Source of the DNA: Octopus vulgaris
Taxonomy: Eukaryota
NCBI GenBank assembly: GCA_951406725.2
Contig: OX597837.1
Coordinates: forward strand, 36,394,001-36,458,000
Direction of reading: 5' to 3'
DNA: 64,000 nt
This document shows positions 41,676 to 56,924 of this stretch, in pieces. Made by a program: the position numbers and the translations under genes. Within the stretch, counting starts at the first letter, position 1; each line of letters begins with the position of its first letter. Below the pieces are notes generated by a model, which saw only the letters and a list, made by a program, of their open reading frames with translations, did no database searches and was not told where the DNA came from.

Positions 41676-42494
41676 TATTTCATTTATTTATTTATATATT
41701 TATTTATTTATAGTATTTTCCTTCGGTTGGCTGTTAATTATGGGTATCGGGGCTATACACGTTGTTACGTTTGTTTATTTGTTTCAATGTTTCCATGGTA
41801 ACCTCAATCGTCTTCATAACCATTTGTTTGTTTTATTTTTTTACGTTATTGCTTTTAACGTGTCTTTTTCTTTTTTTTTCTCTCTTTCTTTTTTTCTTTT
41901 CTCTGGGCTGAATTCCTACAATATTTCGTTCTTGGACTGTTGTTGTTGTTGTTGCTGCTGCTGCTGCTGTTGTTACTATCACTGTTATTCTTTTTGCTGT
42001 TGTTTTTGTTGTTGTTGCTGTTGTTATTGTAATACCTAATGTTGTGTTGCTATTCTTCTTCTTACTGTCGTTGCTGTTATTGCTATGTACTTGTCTTTGC
42101 TTCTGTTATTGTTCTTTTTCAATTGTTATTTTTGCTTTTGTGTTTATCGTTGTTTAGTTGCTGTTGTTGTTGTTATTAGTGTTCTGTTGGTTGCGTTGTT
42201 TTCCGTTGCCATTGCTTCGCTGTTGATTACGTCGTTAATGTTGTTACTGCTTCTGTTATTCGCTTCCAGATTAATTCTATCCCAGCAGGCCTTTCATCAA
42301 AACACCAAATACAATCATACCGTCTTTTATTTCATCAGCCATAGATTTTCGTCATTTATTTTTTTTTCCAGAACTACATTACTTAATGTATTGCTACCTT
42401 ACTAATGCATAGCTCTAGAATAAGCAGAAAATGAAATATTACTTGGTATAACATTCCATTTTCTCTACACGTGAAAACAAAAATCCAAAATTTA

Positions 42495-42745
42495 TTCTTA
42501 GGAATGTTTCTAGACGCCTGAAGAAATCTGGCCTCCCAGTCCTTGTCAGAACATACACGACCACCAATCTAAAGGTACCACCTTCACCGCCATTCACATC
42601 TAGGGCCACCAGCCTGCCGTCCGGGGTCAAGAAGACTCCCTTTACTTTGAAACCTAAGAATTTTCGGAATAACACTGCTACACCACTGCCCGTGCCGGAC
42701 AGACCAACAAGATAGGAATACCTCTTAGTCTTCGAAAATGGTTGC
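42495..42745 (-). mobile_element. L1/Tx1-type apurinic-like endonuclease fragment
   Basis: GSGVAVLFRK...DGRLVALDV...FRLVVVY...RPDFFRRLETFL. Confidence 0.8.
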
Positions 42746-42795
42746 GAGAACATGTTTCCCGGCAATTCCCATCCGAGTTCGATTCCAGGCAATGA

Positions 42796-42878
<83 letters not shown>

Positions 42879-43236
42879 GTTCAAATTTTGCCACAAGGGC
42901 AGCAATTTTGGGGTAGTGGATGAGTCGATTACATCGACCTCAGTACGCAACTGGTACATAATTTAATGACCCCGAAAGGATGAAAGGCAAAGTCGACCTC
43001 GGTGGAATTTGAACTCAGAGCGTAAGGACGAACGAAATGCCTCGAATATTTTGCTCAGCGTGCTAACGATTCTGCTAGTTCGAATAATAATAACAATAAC
43101 GACAACAACAACGATGATAATAGCGATGAGGAGTATGATGAGGAGTAAGGAGGAGTATTACAAGTATTACAAAGATGAAAAGAAACATGAAGAAACAGAA
43201 CTGATGAAGGAGAAAAACACACATACACACAAGAAC

Positions 43237-43316
<80 letters not shown>

Positions 43317-43336
43317 TGATGATGATGATGATGATG

Positions 43337-43885
43337 ATGGGAACTGCTCATATCCTACGCAAAATACTTTCTATGTAATCTCAAGTTTTAAAACAAACAT
43401 AATTTTCATATGGGTTGTTTTTTAGACATTCAGACATTCACTAGTACAACACTAAATACAAAACCAAATATATGGCACACTAGGCATAACAACATCACGA
43501 ACTTCCAGCCTGTCGTCTCTTGAGGTCTCTGGGTGAGACTTGGAGCCAACTTGTACAAATGTAAAGCAAAAGTCAAACATAAAATAATAATAATAATAAT
43601 AATACCAGGAACAGAAAATCCAATAATGGCAGAAATTCAAAGGATAGTGCTCATGGGAACTGCCCATATCCTATGCACAATACTTTCTATGTAATCTCAA
43701 ATTTTAAAACAAACATAATTTTCTTATGTTTTCTTCAACATTCTCTAGAATTATACTATGTACAAAACCAAATATATGACACCCTAGGCATGACACCAAC
43801 ACGAACTTCCAACTCGTCTCTTGAGGTCTCTGGGTGAGACTTGGAGCCAACTTGTACAAATGTAAAGCAAAAGTCAAACATAGAA
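43337..43885 (+). mobile_element. Two tandem R4/Dong-like LINE 3' ends with (AAT)n tails
   Basis: MGTAHILRKILSM* at 43337 and EIQRIVLMGTAHIL near 43631; shared 3' UTR ...ggagccaacttgtacaaatgtaaagcaaaagtcaaacat. Confidence 0.8.
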
Positions 43886-43904
43886 TAACAACAACAACAA
43901 CAAC

Positions 43905-43945
<41 letters not shown>

Positions 43946-43980
43946 CAACAACAACAATAATAATAATAATAATAATAATG

Positions 43981-44086
<106 letters not shown>

Positions 44087-44836
44087 CTTTCTTACCAAAG
44101 CAAACGCAGCTTAATCTGACTCTGAGAATATATCCTTGACCAACCCTGATGAGTCACTTTGTAATTGTGTAATTGCCGAATGAAACTAAATTGCCCATTA
44201 AAGGATTATGTAAGTAATCATATAATTTGTCATGCAATATGTGAATAAAGATGAATTCATATATCTGAGTGTGTGTTTGTGTGTGTGTGTGTATTGTGCT
44301 TTTTTTCTTTTATCGTGTTTCAATCATTGGACTGTGGCCATGCTGGGGCACCAGTATCTTGAAGTATTTCAGTACACGAAACATTTTAAAAAGTACTTTC
44401 TTTTTCCGTTAGGCATTCATTATATCGGACACTTTTAGCCGCACCGCTATGTTACGGGAAATATAAACAACAAACAACATCGTTTGTGAAGCGGTAAGAG
44501 AAAAAGAGAAAAGCTCAAGAATGGGGACGCTTGTACCTCCCACCATACACAAACATATGCATGAAGGTATGTACATAAATATATGTGTACGTGTGTGCTT
44601 GTGTGCGTGTAGATAGATAGACAGACAGACATACTGCTAGAATAGAAAGATAGAATAGATAGATATAAAGACAGACAGATAGACAGATAGATGGATAGAG
44701 AGATATATAGAGACAGACAGATAGGTAGAGAGAGAGGGACAGACAAATGGACAGACAGACAGACGGACAGACAGACATACAAACAGACAGAAGGGCAGAC
44801 AGACAGACAGACAGACAGACAGAAAGACAGACAGAC

Positions 44837-44902
<66 letters not shown>

Positions 44903-45155
44903 GATGTGTCTAAGCTCGTGTGAGTGTCCGGGTATGTCTTTCTGTTGACATTACCAAAAAGAACGCTGCAAGTATTTCTGCTTTTAACTTAGCAGTGCAA
45001 ACATGTTGCTAGATAAAATAGTATCAGACTGGTGTCGATACGATTGACTAATAAATTCCAAGACGGTGCTCCAGCATGGCCTTCCTTCTATGAGGAGAAG
45101 ACATGAATGTGTACATATGTGTTTGGGTATGCATGTATATAAGTATTTATATATG

Positions 45156-45206
<51 letters not shown>

Positions 45207-45322
45207 CATATATATATATTTACATATACATATAAATATATATTTAATATATATTTACATATGCATATATACATACATACATACGAATGGATGGGCGAAA
45301 GTGGATGGATTTATTTATCTAC

Positions 45323-45406
<84 letters not shown>

Positions 45407-45417
45407 GTGTAAGTAAA

Positions 45418-45457
<40 letters not shown>

Positions 45458-45468
45458 GTGTAAGTAAA

Positions 45469-45507
<39 letters not shown>

Positions 45508-46017
45508 AAACATACATATAGAAAGATAGCTACTCATATATATTCAAATATATTATACAATTATACAATTATACATAGATATGTATGTGTATATATATGC
45601 CCACATATACGTTTATATACTTATCTATGTCTACCCACACACACACGTCTATATTCATTCATATGAACACACATACATATATATATATATATGCATACAT
45701 TCATATATACGCACGTACAATTATTCGTACACCACCGCCCCACCGACCTACACACACACACACACACACACATTTCACTTGAAGTCATTCAAAAGCAATG
45801 TCAGACAAAAAAAAAGTGAAATAATGAAATATTGGCACAATATTTCTCTGTTCTTGGATCGATCGGTCAGATAGGCCGTCTGCAGCAGGGGCGAGCGGTG
45901 GGGGGTGAGGGTTCGAGTAATACTAGCGTTTTCTTTTATTTTAATTTTTTTCATTGATTTTTTTTCCCTTTTGTTTTTATTTTATTTTATTTTATTTTAT
46001 TAATTGTTTCTGTTTTC

Positions 46018-46077
<60 letters not shown>

Positions 46078-46896
46078 CTCTTTTATTGCTTACATCGATA
46101 CAAAACCGACTAAGTTTTTCTCTACGCAATCTCTTACGATTGCTAATGCTTCTGCCCCCCCTCATCTCCCACCCCACCCACCCACCACCCGCAATAAAGC
46201 CCTCTCCCCCCATATATTACCACCCACCTATCACCCCGTTGTACCCTATCACCTAGATTGCATTATGTTTATGTTGCTACATTAGATTACCTCGCCTGTA
46301 CACACACACACACACACACGCACACACATACAGAAACACACACGCACACACATATTCACACATACACACGCACACACATATGTTCACACAAACAAGCTTA
46401 CACACATAGACACACATGTGCGCGTGCGAGCGTTGAGCAGAGAAGAGATGTTCTGTTTTTTTGATTAGGAAATTGACTGAATGTGATTATGATGATCGTG
46501 ATGATCGTGATGGTGGTGGCGGTGGTGGTGGTGGTGGTGGTGGTGGTGGTGGTGGTGGTGGTGGTGGTGGTGGTGGTGGTGGTGGTGGTGGTGGTGGTGG
46601 TGGTGGTGGTGGTGGTGGTGGTGGTGGTGGTGGTGGTGGTGGTGGTGGTGGTAGTGCTTACAGTGGTGATGGAGGTGGTGGTGGTGATGAAGGTGGTGGT
46701 GGTGATGAAGGTGGTGGTGTTGCTAAGTGGTAGTGGTGGTGATGGTGGTGATGGTGTGAGCGATGACAGTAGCTATGTGATGACGGTGGGTAGTGATGAT
46801 GAAGCTGATGTCAAGAATCCTCATAATCGCAATAATGAATGTAATAAAACATACAATTTCGGATGGATGCATACACACATGAAATACATATGCGTA

Positions 46897-47008
<112 letters not shown>

Positions 47009-47139
47009 CACATACATACATATATATGCATATATATATATATACATACATACACATATATATATACTTACATAAGTGTGTGTGTGAGCTATGTATATAT
47101 ATGTATATGTATGCATATATATGAGTATATATGTGTGTG

Positions 47140-47265
<126 letters not shown>

Positions 47266-47591
47266 TATGTATACATATATATATATATATATATACATAT
47301 TCATGTATGTATATGCGTGTGTATGCGTGTGGATGTATGTAAAAATATATTCAGACGACTCGGGATATACATAAAAAGTGACGCACACACGCGTGTATAT
47401 GTGCGTTTGCGTGCATGCGCGCGCGCGTGTGTGTGACTGTGTGTCTGTGTATTTATGTACATAAACATATATACACATCCATCCATACATACATACATAG
47501 ACATAACGAGAGAGGGTTAAAGAAGAAAGAAAAAGTAGGCGGGTAAACATATGTATGTACATATATATATACATATATATATATGTGTGTA

Positions 47592-47658
<67 letters not shown>

Positions 47659-47993
47659 TATATATATTTTGTTTTCATATGTATTATATGTACACACACA
47701 TATATAAATATTCATATACACATAAACACACATACACATGTATGTATATTCATTTATACGTGTTTGTGTGTAGAGAGGCGATGCACATATGTGTGTATGT
47801 ATATGCGTCGTATGTGTGCGTATATGCCTACAAAATAGATATATACGTACATATGAAGCATATAGATATATGATATGTGTGTGTGTTTGTATGAGTATGT
47901 AATATTTGTATATATACATGTATCCATATATATATATATCATATAAATATATTATATATATATGTATGTGTACGTGTGTATGTATATATATGC

Positions 47994-48025
<32 letters not shown>

Positions 48026-48052
48026 GTATGCACATAATGGACACACACACAT

Positions 48053-48083
<31 letters not shown>

Positions 48084-48091
48084 CATGTATG

Positions 48092-48174
<83 letters not shown>

Positions 48175-49020
48175 CATACATCGTTTGGCAGTTATTCATT
48201 TCGTATGGTTAAGAATATAATTGGACCAATGAACTAGAACTGAGTTTAAATTACAGAAACGTGTTTTTTGTGTTGAAAAGATCGAATGAGGTGACGTCTG
48301 TCGTTTGTTTAACCCTGCAAACTCTGCGAAAAAGAAAAAAAAAGCGAAAACAAAAGAAAGAAAACCACTTCGTAGCATTCTTTAATAACACGATACACAT
48401 ATTAAATACCCTTGTCATTGTGTTCTCTAATTGGAGAGGAGGAACTTGTAGCAAAATGGCCGTTAAGTATTGAGAAAAAATGTCCGATCGTATGGTTAAA
48501 TGGTTTTGGCGTAATGTTTCTAGTCATAATCGCTTTTTTCTTTTGTTCTGTACTGATGTTGCTGGTGGTTCTCGTTGAGGTTTTCTATTTATTCATCATG
48601 TATCTTTTACTTATTTCAGTCATTGGACGGCGGCCATGCTGGGGCACCACATTAAAGTGTTTTTATCGAAAAAAAATCTACCCTAATACATTTTGTTTTT
48701 GCTTATTTTTTTTTTTTTTTAGTCTGGCACTTTTCTGTCGTCCACTTAGGCAGAACTGCTAAGTTAAATAACGTAAGCAAGCCAACACCGGCTGTTAACC
48801 GATGTGTGTGGAACGGAACAAGTTGGTAAACGGAACAAGTTGAGGAGTCAGTTTACACCGGTGTTCGCGTATTATTTACTGCGTGTTTTCTTGAACAGAC
48901 GGCAAAACCTATTTTGCTCCGGGCCACAAAACCACACTGATAGGTAAGGTCTTCATTTACAAGGACGGTGTTTTACAAGAGTTCTGTCAGGCTTGCACAA
49001 AGTTGGTCCCGATGTTACCT

Positions 49021-49370
49021 AGGCGTGGTTGTCTGATAAGAAGCTTGCTTCCCAACCACATGGTTCCAGGTTCAGTCCCACTGCGTGACACCTTGAGCAG
49101 GTATCTTCCACTGTTGTATCGGACCGAACAAAGCCTTGTCAGTGGACATGGTAGACGGAAACTGAAAGTAGCCCATCGTATATAAGCATATATGTGTGTG
49201 ATGTGATATATATATATATATATATAAGTTCCTTCCACACAGTTTCCGTCTGCCAAATTCCCCCACAAGGAGTTGTTCGGCTCGGGGCTACGTGCCCGAA
49301 GTTCTACGCATTGAGACTGAACCGAGAACCATGTGGTTGAACAGAAAACCTCTTACCACACAGTCACATA
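49021..49370. mobile_element. Inverted pair of group B SINE 5' halves
   Basis: + copy 49021-49185 and - copy 49240-49370 around a short (TA)n. Confidence 0.75.
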
Positions 49371-49794
49371 TATATCTATGTGTCTGTTAAGTGTCTACTC
49401 TTATGTGTGTATAGCGTATTATTTCTTATGCTTCTATATTCGAGATTTATGTTAGCTCTGCTTGTATGTTTGAAAACGCCATGTTTGTTTCCATGAATAT
49501 TTTTTTTCCCTTTCTTAAAATGTCGTCAATAAGATCATGGCTGACACGGAATTAACAACGCTCTTCTGCTTTTTTTTATTCATTAAAAAATGTTGAATAA
49601 CAACAACGCCGGCAACATAACAACAACAATAATAATAATAATAATATTAATATAATAATAATAATAATAATATGCTAACAATATGAATGATACCAATAAT
49701 ATCAATAACAACAATGTTAATAATGATAATAACAATGATGATGATGATAATGATGATGATGATGTTGATACTGATGCTGATGATAATCATAATC

Positions 49795-49839
<45 letters not shown>

Positions 49840-49978
49840 GTAATAGTAATAGTAATAATAATAATAGTAACAGTAATAATAATAATAGTAACAACAATAA
49901 GAAGATCAACAACAACTAATACCGGTTAATGTTTATCTTGTGTATATAATATTGATTACCTTTAGGTTTCATTATATA

Positions 49979-50056
<78 letters not shown>

Positions 50057-50161
50057 TGTGTCTGGATGTGTCTGCGTGTGCGCGCGTCTGTGTGTGTCAG
50101 AGAGAGAGAAGAGAAATGGCTTCTCATTGCATGCAACGTCTCTTAAATAATCAATTAGGTA

Positions 50162-50208
<47 letters not shown>

Positions 50209-50430
50209 CATATATACATATATATATGTATATGTATATATGTCTACATATAGATACATATGCATATATATATATATATATATTATATATGTATATATGT
50301 GTGTATATATAGATACATACATATATATATACATATATGGATATAAATATATATGCATGCAGATATATATATATTTATATATATATTTACATATATATAT
50401 ATACATATATATATATATACATATATATAG

Positions 50431-50494
<64 letters not shown>

Positions 50495-50503
50495 GATATT
50501 TAG

Positions 50504-50561
<58 letters not shown>

Positions 50562-51104
50562 TTATATGTGTATGCATGTGTGTATAAACGCACACACATA
50601 TAGATATATATATGTGTATGCACGCATATGTATATATAAATGAATTTCTTTCTCGAATATTCCTGGGTACAACTGAGAAATAAATAAAATTGTGTAAATG
50701 TTAGAATAATGCTTAAAATAATTCGATTTAGAATATAAAGGAAACGAAGTAACGAATAGATTGATAGATAGTCATCGATGAGCGTTGAAGCTTTCGTACT
50801 TTTTGTTTTCAATGAACACAAAAGAAAAAAACAAAAAGAAATATTCATTGAACAACGATAACAACAACAAATATAATTCGCAATAGCACGTAAAAATAAT
50901 CAATTACTTAATGGTTTCAGATTTTGGCACAAGGCCAGCAATTTTGATAGCGAGGTTGGGTAAAGTCGACCCAAGTGCTCATCTGGTACGTATTTTATCG
51001 ACTTCCGTCGAGAGGATAAAGGGCTAAGTGGACCTCGGCGGAATTTGAACATTTTACCCGGCGTGCTAACGAATCTGCCAGCTTCACGCCTTAATAATAA
51101 TAAC

Positions 51105-51147
<43 letters not shown>

Positions 51148-51247
51148 TTAATAATAATAATAATAATAATAATAACAACAACAATAACAACAACGGCGAC
51201 GACGACGACGACGACGATGATGATGATGATGATGGTGATGATGATGG

Positions 51248-51321
<74 letters not shown>

Positions 51322-51364
51322 GTGATGATGGTGATGGTGATGATGATGATAGTGATGGTGATGG

Positions 51365-51440
<76 letters not shown>

Positions 51441-51460
51441 GGTGGTGGTGGTGGTGATGG

Positions 51461-51495
<35 letters not shown>

Positions 51496-51511
51496 TTGAT
51501 GTTGATGATGG

Positions 51512-51727
51512 TGAGGTGGGGGGTTAGAGAGAGGCAAGACGTGGTATGAGCACAAATCACAGAGAGTGATGGAGTCGGAGACTTGCAAAATCCTCTGGGA
51601 TTTCCCAATCCAAACAAATCAGGTGCTAGAGATTGGGCCTAGTGGGGGTAGACAAGATGCACCACATATGCTATTTGGTTGATTTTGCATGTCCCTTTGA
51701 CCCACGAATAGTCAAGAAGGAAGGTGA

Positions 51728-51822
<95 letters not shown>

Positions 51823-51875
51823 TAGATAGATAGATAGATAGATAGACAGACAGGCAGGCAGGCAGGCAGGCAGGC

Positions 51876-51906
<31 letters not shown>

Positions 51907-51927
51907 AAGAAAGACAGACAGACAGAC

Positions 51928-52006
<79 letters not shown>

Positions 52007-52031
52007 CAGACAGGCAGGCAGGCAGGCAGGC

Positions 52032-52090
<59 letters not shown>

Positions 52091-52099
52091 TAGATAGAC

Positions 52100-52166
<67 letters not shown>

Positions 52167-52496
52167 CAGAGATAAATAGAGATAGATAGATAGATAGATA
52201 TAACACTCCTAAGTACGAAATAGCCCGGCTATGGAAAATGAAGGTGAATATAGTGCCAATTATTGTTGGTCCCTTGGGGACAGTACCAGAAGGCATCAAG
52301 GGGAATATAAAGGAAAGGGAATAACGTGCCCAGTAGAACTGTTTCAAAAGGTTTGCCACCTTGGCACGGCCAGAATAACCAGGAAGTATTAGAGAGCTGA
52401 AAAGAACGGATAGCATGGTACCGTAGGCTGCAGGTGGTAGGAACGCTTTGCATGCAAGACTCCAGGAGTTCCAATAAAACATGTGATAAAGAGAGA

Positions 52497-52589
<93 letters not shown>

Positions 52590-53130
52590 CATGGTGATGG
52601 TGATGGTGATGATGATGATGAAGTGGGGGTTAGAGAGAGGCAAGACATAGTATGAGCACAAACCGCAGAGAGTGGTAGAGTCGGAGACTAGCAAAATCCT
52701 TTGGGATTTCCCAATCCAAACAGATCAGGTGCTAGGGACTGGACCTAGTGGCGATCGACAAGATGCACCACATATGCTATATAGTTGATGTTGCGTGACC
52801 CTTTGATCCACGAATAGTCAAGAAGGAAGACGAAAAGATAGATAAATACAACCTTCTTAAGTACGAAATAGCCTGGCTACGGAAAACGAAGAATAGTACC
52901 AATTACTGTCGGTTCCTTGGGGACAGTATCAGAAGGCAACAAGAGGAATATAAAGGAAATTGAAATAGAGTGGCCAGTAGGACTGTTACAAAAGGTTTGC
53001 CACCTTGGCACGGTCAGAATAACCAGAAAAGTATTAGAGAGCTGAAAAGAACGGATAGCATGGTACCGTAGGCTGCAGGTGGTAGGAACGCTTTGCATGC
53101 AAGACTCCAGGAGTTCCAATAAAACCTGAG
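51512..53130 (+). mobile_element. Two copies of an R4/Dong-like LINE 3' end (51512-52480, 52620-53130)
   Basis: KILWDFPIQT..CYLVDFACPFD.RIVKKE.EK..KYEIARLW..IVPIIVG.LGTV..QKVCHLGTA. Confidence 0.85.
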
Positions 53131-54064
53131 ATAAAGAGATAATAATAATAATGATGATGACAATGATGATGACGATGATGATGATGACGACGATGGCGAT
53201 TTCAAATTTTGGCACAAGGCCAACAATCTCGAGGGAAGGTTAAAGCGATGCTATCAACCCCAGTACTCAACTTGTACTTATCTTATCGATTCCCGAAAGG
53301 ATGAAGGACAAAGCCGACAACGGCGGAGTTTGAACTCGGAACGCAAACGCCGCTAAGCATTTTGCACGCCGCGCTAACGATTCTCCCAGCCCGCCACCAC
53401 GATGATGATGATGGTGATGATGATGATGATGTTGCTGTTGCTGTTGTCCTCGCCGTCCTAGTTCTTGATGGAGGTGGTGGTTATTGTGGTGGTGGTGGTG
53501 GTGGTGATGATGATGATGAGGAGGAGGAGGAGGAGGAGGAGGAGGAGGAAGAAGAAGCAGAAGAAGAAGAAGAGGAAGTAGAAGATGAAGAAGAAGAAAA
53601 AGAAGAAGAAGAAGAAGAAGAAGAAGAAGAAGAAAAAGAAGAAGAAGAAGAAGAAGAAGAAGAAGAAGAAGAAGAAAAAGAAGGAGGAGAAGAAGAAGGA
53701 GAAAAAGAAGAAGAAGAAGAAGAAGAAGAAGAAGAAGAAGAAGAAGAAGAAGAAGAAGAAGATGGGGAGAAGGATACCAACAACGACTATGTCGACAATT
53801 AGTTCGTGAGTAGCCTTACTGTTCGAAGCAATCGGATTTTACTTGCGATTTTGGTTGATGTCATTTCGATTCATCGTAGGAATGACATTGATTTTTAATG
53901 GTACTTACGACGTCACAAGTAGACCAGGTATTAATATTTACTAATGTATTGGACGAGAATAAACATTGCTAAGATTAAAGATCAGTAAGGTATGCCTAAC
54001 TGCACACAAACGCACACACACACCCATATATATACACGCATAAATATACTGATTTATACCTATT

Positions 54065-54095
<31 letters not shown>

Positions 54096-54349
54096 GCATA
54101 TATACATAACATACATACATACATACATAAATATAAATATTTAAAAAAATTTTAATTTAAATTTTTTTTAATTTTAAAAATATTTAAAAAATATAAAAAT
54201 TTATAAATATAAATTAAAAATTTTAAATTTACATAATTTAAATTTTACATTTTATATTTTATATATTTTGTATATTATATTAATTATGTTTATTTTTATG
54301 TTTTTGTTTATGTTTTTCATTGTTTGATTTGCCTAATAGTGGTTTTGTC

Positions 54350-54404
<55 letters not shown>

Positions 54405-54682
54405 AGCTCGAATCCCGACCGGGCTGCGTTTGTGTTCTTGAGCAAGACACTTTATTTCACGTTGCTCCAGTTCACTCAGCTGTAGGAATGAGTTGCGACG
54501 TCACTGGTGCCAAGCTGTATCGACCTTTGTCTTTCCCTTGGATAACATCAGTGGCGTGAGAGGGAGGCTGGTATGCATGGGCGACTGCTGGCCTTCCATA
54601 AAACAACCTTGCCCAGACTTGTGCCTCAGATAACTCTCTAGTGAAACCCATGGTCACTCATGACCGAAGGGTCTTTACCCTT
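54405..54682 (+). mobile_element. Group C SINE (body 2 plus tail type 3)
   Basis: cgaatcccgaccgg..cttgagcaagacactttatttcacgttgctccag; tail shared with 1-212. Confidence 0.8.
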
Positions 54683-54694
54683 TATATATATATG

Positions 54695-54747
<53 letters not shown>

Positions 54748-54748
<1 letters not shown>

Positions 54749-55436
54749 TACTTACCAGAAATAACAGAGTGAGTCAAGGGCCCGAGAGTTTCGTGAGTTG
54801 GCAGTTATCAAACTCTGATAAGTGCCAACATCAACATACCTACATACTGGTTGTGATGGCTAAATTGTCACCATTTTATTTTCAGTTTCACGCATGCGCA
54901 TTGTTTCTTTTTGATTTTGCCGCCTACAATGTATAGTAGGGTCATGACGCAATTCACTCTGCCAGAAATTTGGAAACGACATGCTGTCCTGCTTGGCATT
55001 CGCGTCGGAAGCTCCAATACGAACATTTCAGAGTGTTTGGGTGTCTATATGAGGACATGTACTGAGAGTGATAAAAATCAAACATCCAGTCAACATCATG
55101 GTGTTTGGAGTGATCACTAGTGAAGGCAACGTTATGCCTCTATTCATCTTACCACACGGCCTCAGACTCAATACGGAGGTCTACATCAAGTGCCTGGGGG
55201 AGGTACTGCCACCCTGGGTTAAGAGAGTAATTACTGAAAGACCCTACGTTTAGCAACAGGACTCTGCACCATACCACACAAGCAGGAGACCAAGTCATGG
55301 CTTTCAGACAATTTCTGCAACCACATCACCCCTAACATCTGGCAACCTAACTCCCTAGACTGTAACTCCCTTCATTATTATGTGTGGGGCGCAGTTGAGC
55401 GAGAGACCAACAAAACTCCTTGTAACACCAAAGATG

Positions 55437-55440
<4 letters not shown>
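54748..55440 (+). mobile_element. DD37D (maT-like) Tc1/mariner relic
   Basis: KHPVNIMVFGVITSEG...QQDSAP.HTS...W.PNS.DCN.L.YYVWGAVE; spacing between second and third catalytic positions about 37 aa when combined with copy 2. Confidence 0.85.
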
Positions 55441-55471
<31 letters not shown>

Positions 55472-55599
55472 CACAAGTATTATGTATGTATAAATCTGTT
55501 TCTATGTCAAGTTAAATATTTTCCAAGATTCAACATTAAAATGGCGGATGCTTCAATATTTTTCTAGCAGACAACATATATTCTTTTATTCATTTTTTC

Positions 55600-55793
55600 G
55601 TTTGACTGCGTCCATGCTGGAGCACTGCCTTTAGTTGAACAAATCGACCCCAGGACTTAATCTTTGTAAGCCTAGTACTTATTCTACCGGTCTCTTTTGC
55701 CGAAACGCTAAGTTAGGGGGACATAAACACACCAGCATCAGTTGCCAAGCGACGTTGGTGGTACAAACACACATACACATATATGTATGTATG

Positions 55794-55846
<53 letters not shown>

Positions 55847-55965
55847 GACGGGCTTCTTTCAGTTTCCGTCTACCAAATCCACTTGGGCGGACCGAGGCTA
55901 TAGTAGAAGACACTTGCCCATGTGGTTGGTAAGCAAGCTACTTACCACACAGCCACTCCTGTGCC
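55600..55965 (-). mobile_element. Group B SINE
   Basis: Reverse complement of group B consensus; + 5' half also at 56749-56900. Confidence 0.85.
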
Positions 55966-56431
55966 TTTTTACATTTTTAGAAAGAAAATGCTGACATTAC
56001 TCCCGAAGACAAAGCTTGCTCGCCTTCGTGTATGTAGTTTGCTATTCCGTTAGAAACGGGTGGAATCGCAAGTAAATTAAAGTAGCCGATGGAAAGCGGG
56101 TTCCCATTATTTATTTAACGCATGCGTCCGTCAAGGTTAATCATGTTACAGCCGTGAAATATTCTAGAATTTTCCGGTAAAGCAAGAGAACAAGTCTGTA
56201 AGAAACAGCTATATGTAACATATGTGTATGTACGTACGTATGTATGTATATACAAATGTATGTATGTGTGTATGTATGTGTGTGCATGTATGTGTATGTG
56301 TATATATATGTATATATATATATATAAATTCAGGGTGAGTACTTGATAATTATAAGCACCTGTATATACCGTTTGGTGGTGTAGGTGGTGGAGTAAATTA
56401 ATCAAAATAAAAACATGATTCCAAGGATTCA

Positions 56432-56509
56432 GCGGTACATATGCTTCGGGCCTTTATTAGACGGATTTATAACAATGCATAATGTGTGTCTATGGCCTTC
56501 TTCAGCCGC
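56432..56509 (-). ncRNA. Type-I hammerhead-like motif with long stem II (A15.1G)
   Basis: Minus strand: gcgg-CTGAAGA-a-ggcc atagac..gtcta ataaa ggcc-c-GAAG-catatg-TA-ccgc; lies in a 310-bp insert with (TA)n on both sides. Confidence 0.55.
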
Positions 56510-56635
56510 GCACAACTACTACCTCAAGGACATGTATTACATAAAAATTCTACGTTGGGGATGCAAATCCTCTCATTCGCGTACGACATAATGCGGCAAC
56601 AGCATAAAAATGAAACGTCCATCTCGTCCTTCTCT

Positions 56636-56704
<69 letters not shown>

Positions 56705-56713
56705 TATATACAC

Positions 56714-56748
<35 letters not shown>

Positions 56749-56924
56749 GGCGCAGGAGTGGATATGTGGTAAGAAGCTTGCTTACCAACCACATGGTTCC
56801 GGGTTCAGTCTCACTGCGTGACACCTTTGGGGAGTGTCTTCTACTATAGTGGATTAGTCAGTGGATTTGGTAGACAGAAGCTGAAAGAAGCCCGTCGTAT
56901 ATATATATACATATATACGCAATA

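Noticed and set aside
54130-54345. Extremely AT-rich irregular tract
   Set aside because: Looks like a degraded or mis-called (TA)n/(TATG)n region; likely consensus error or decay
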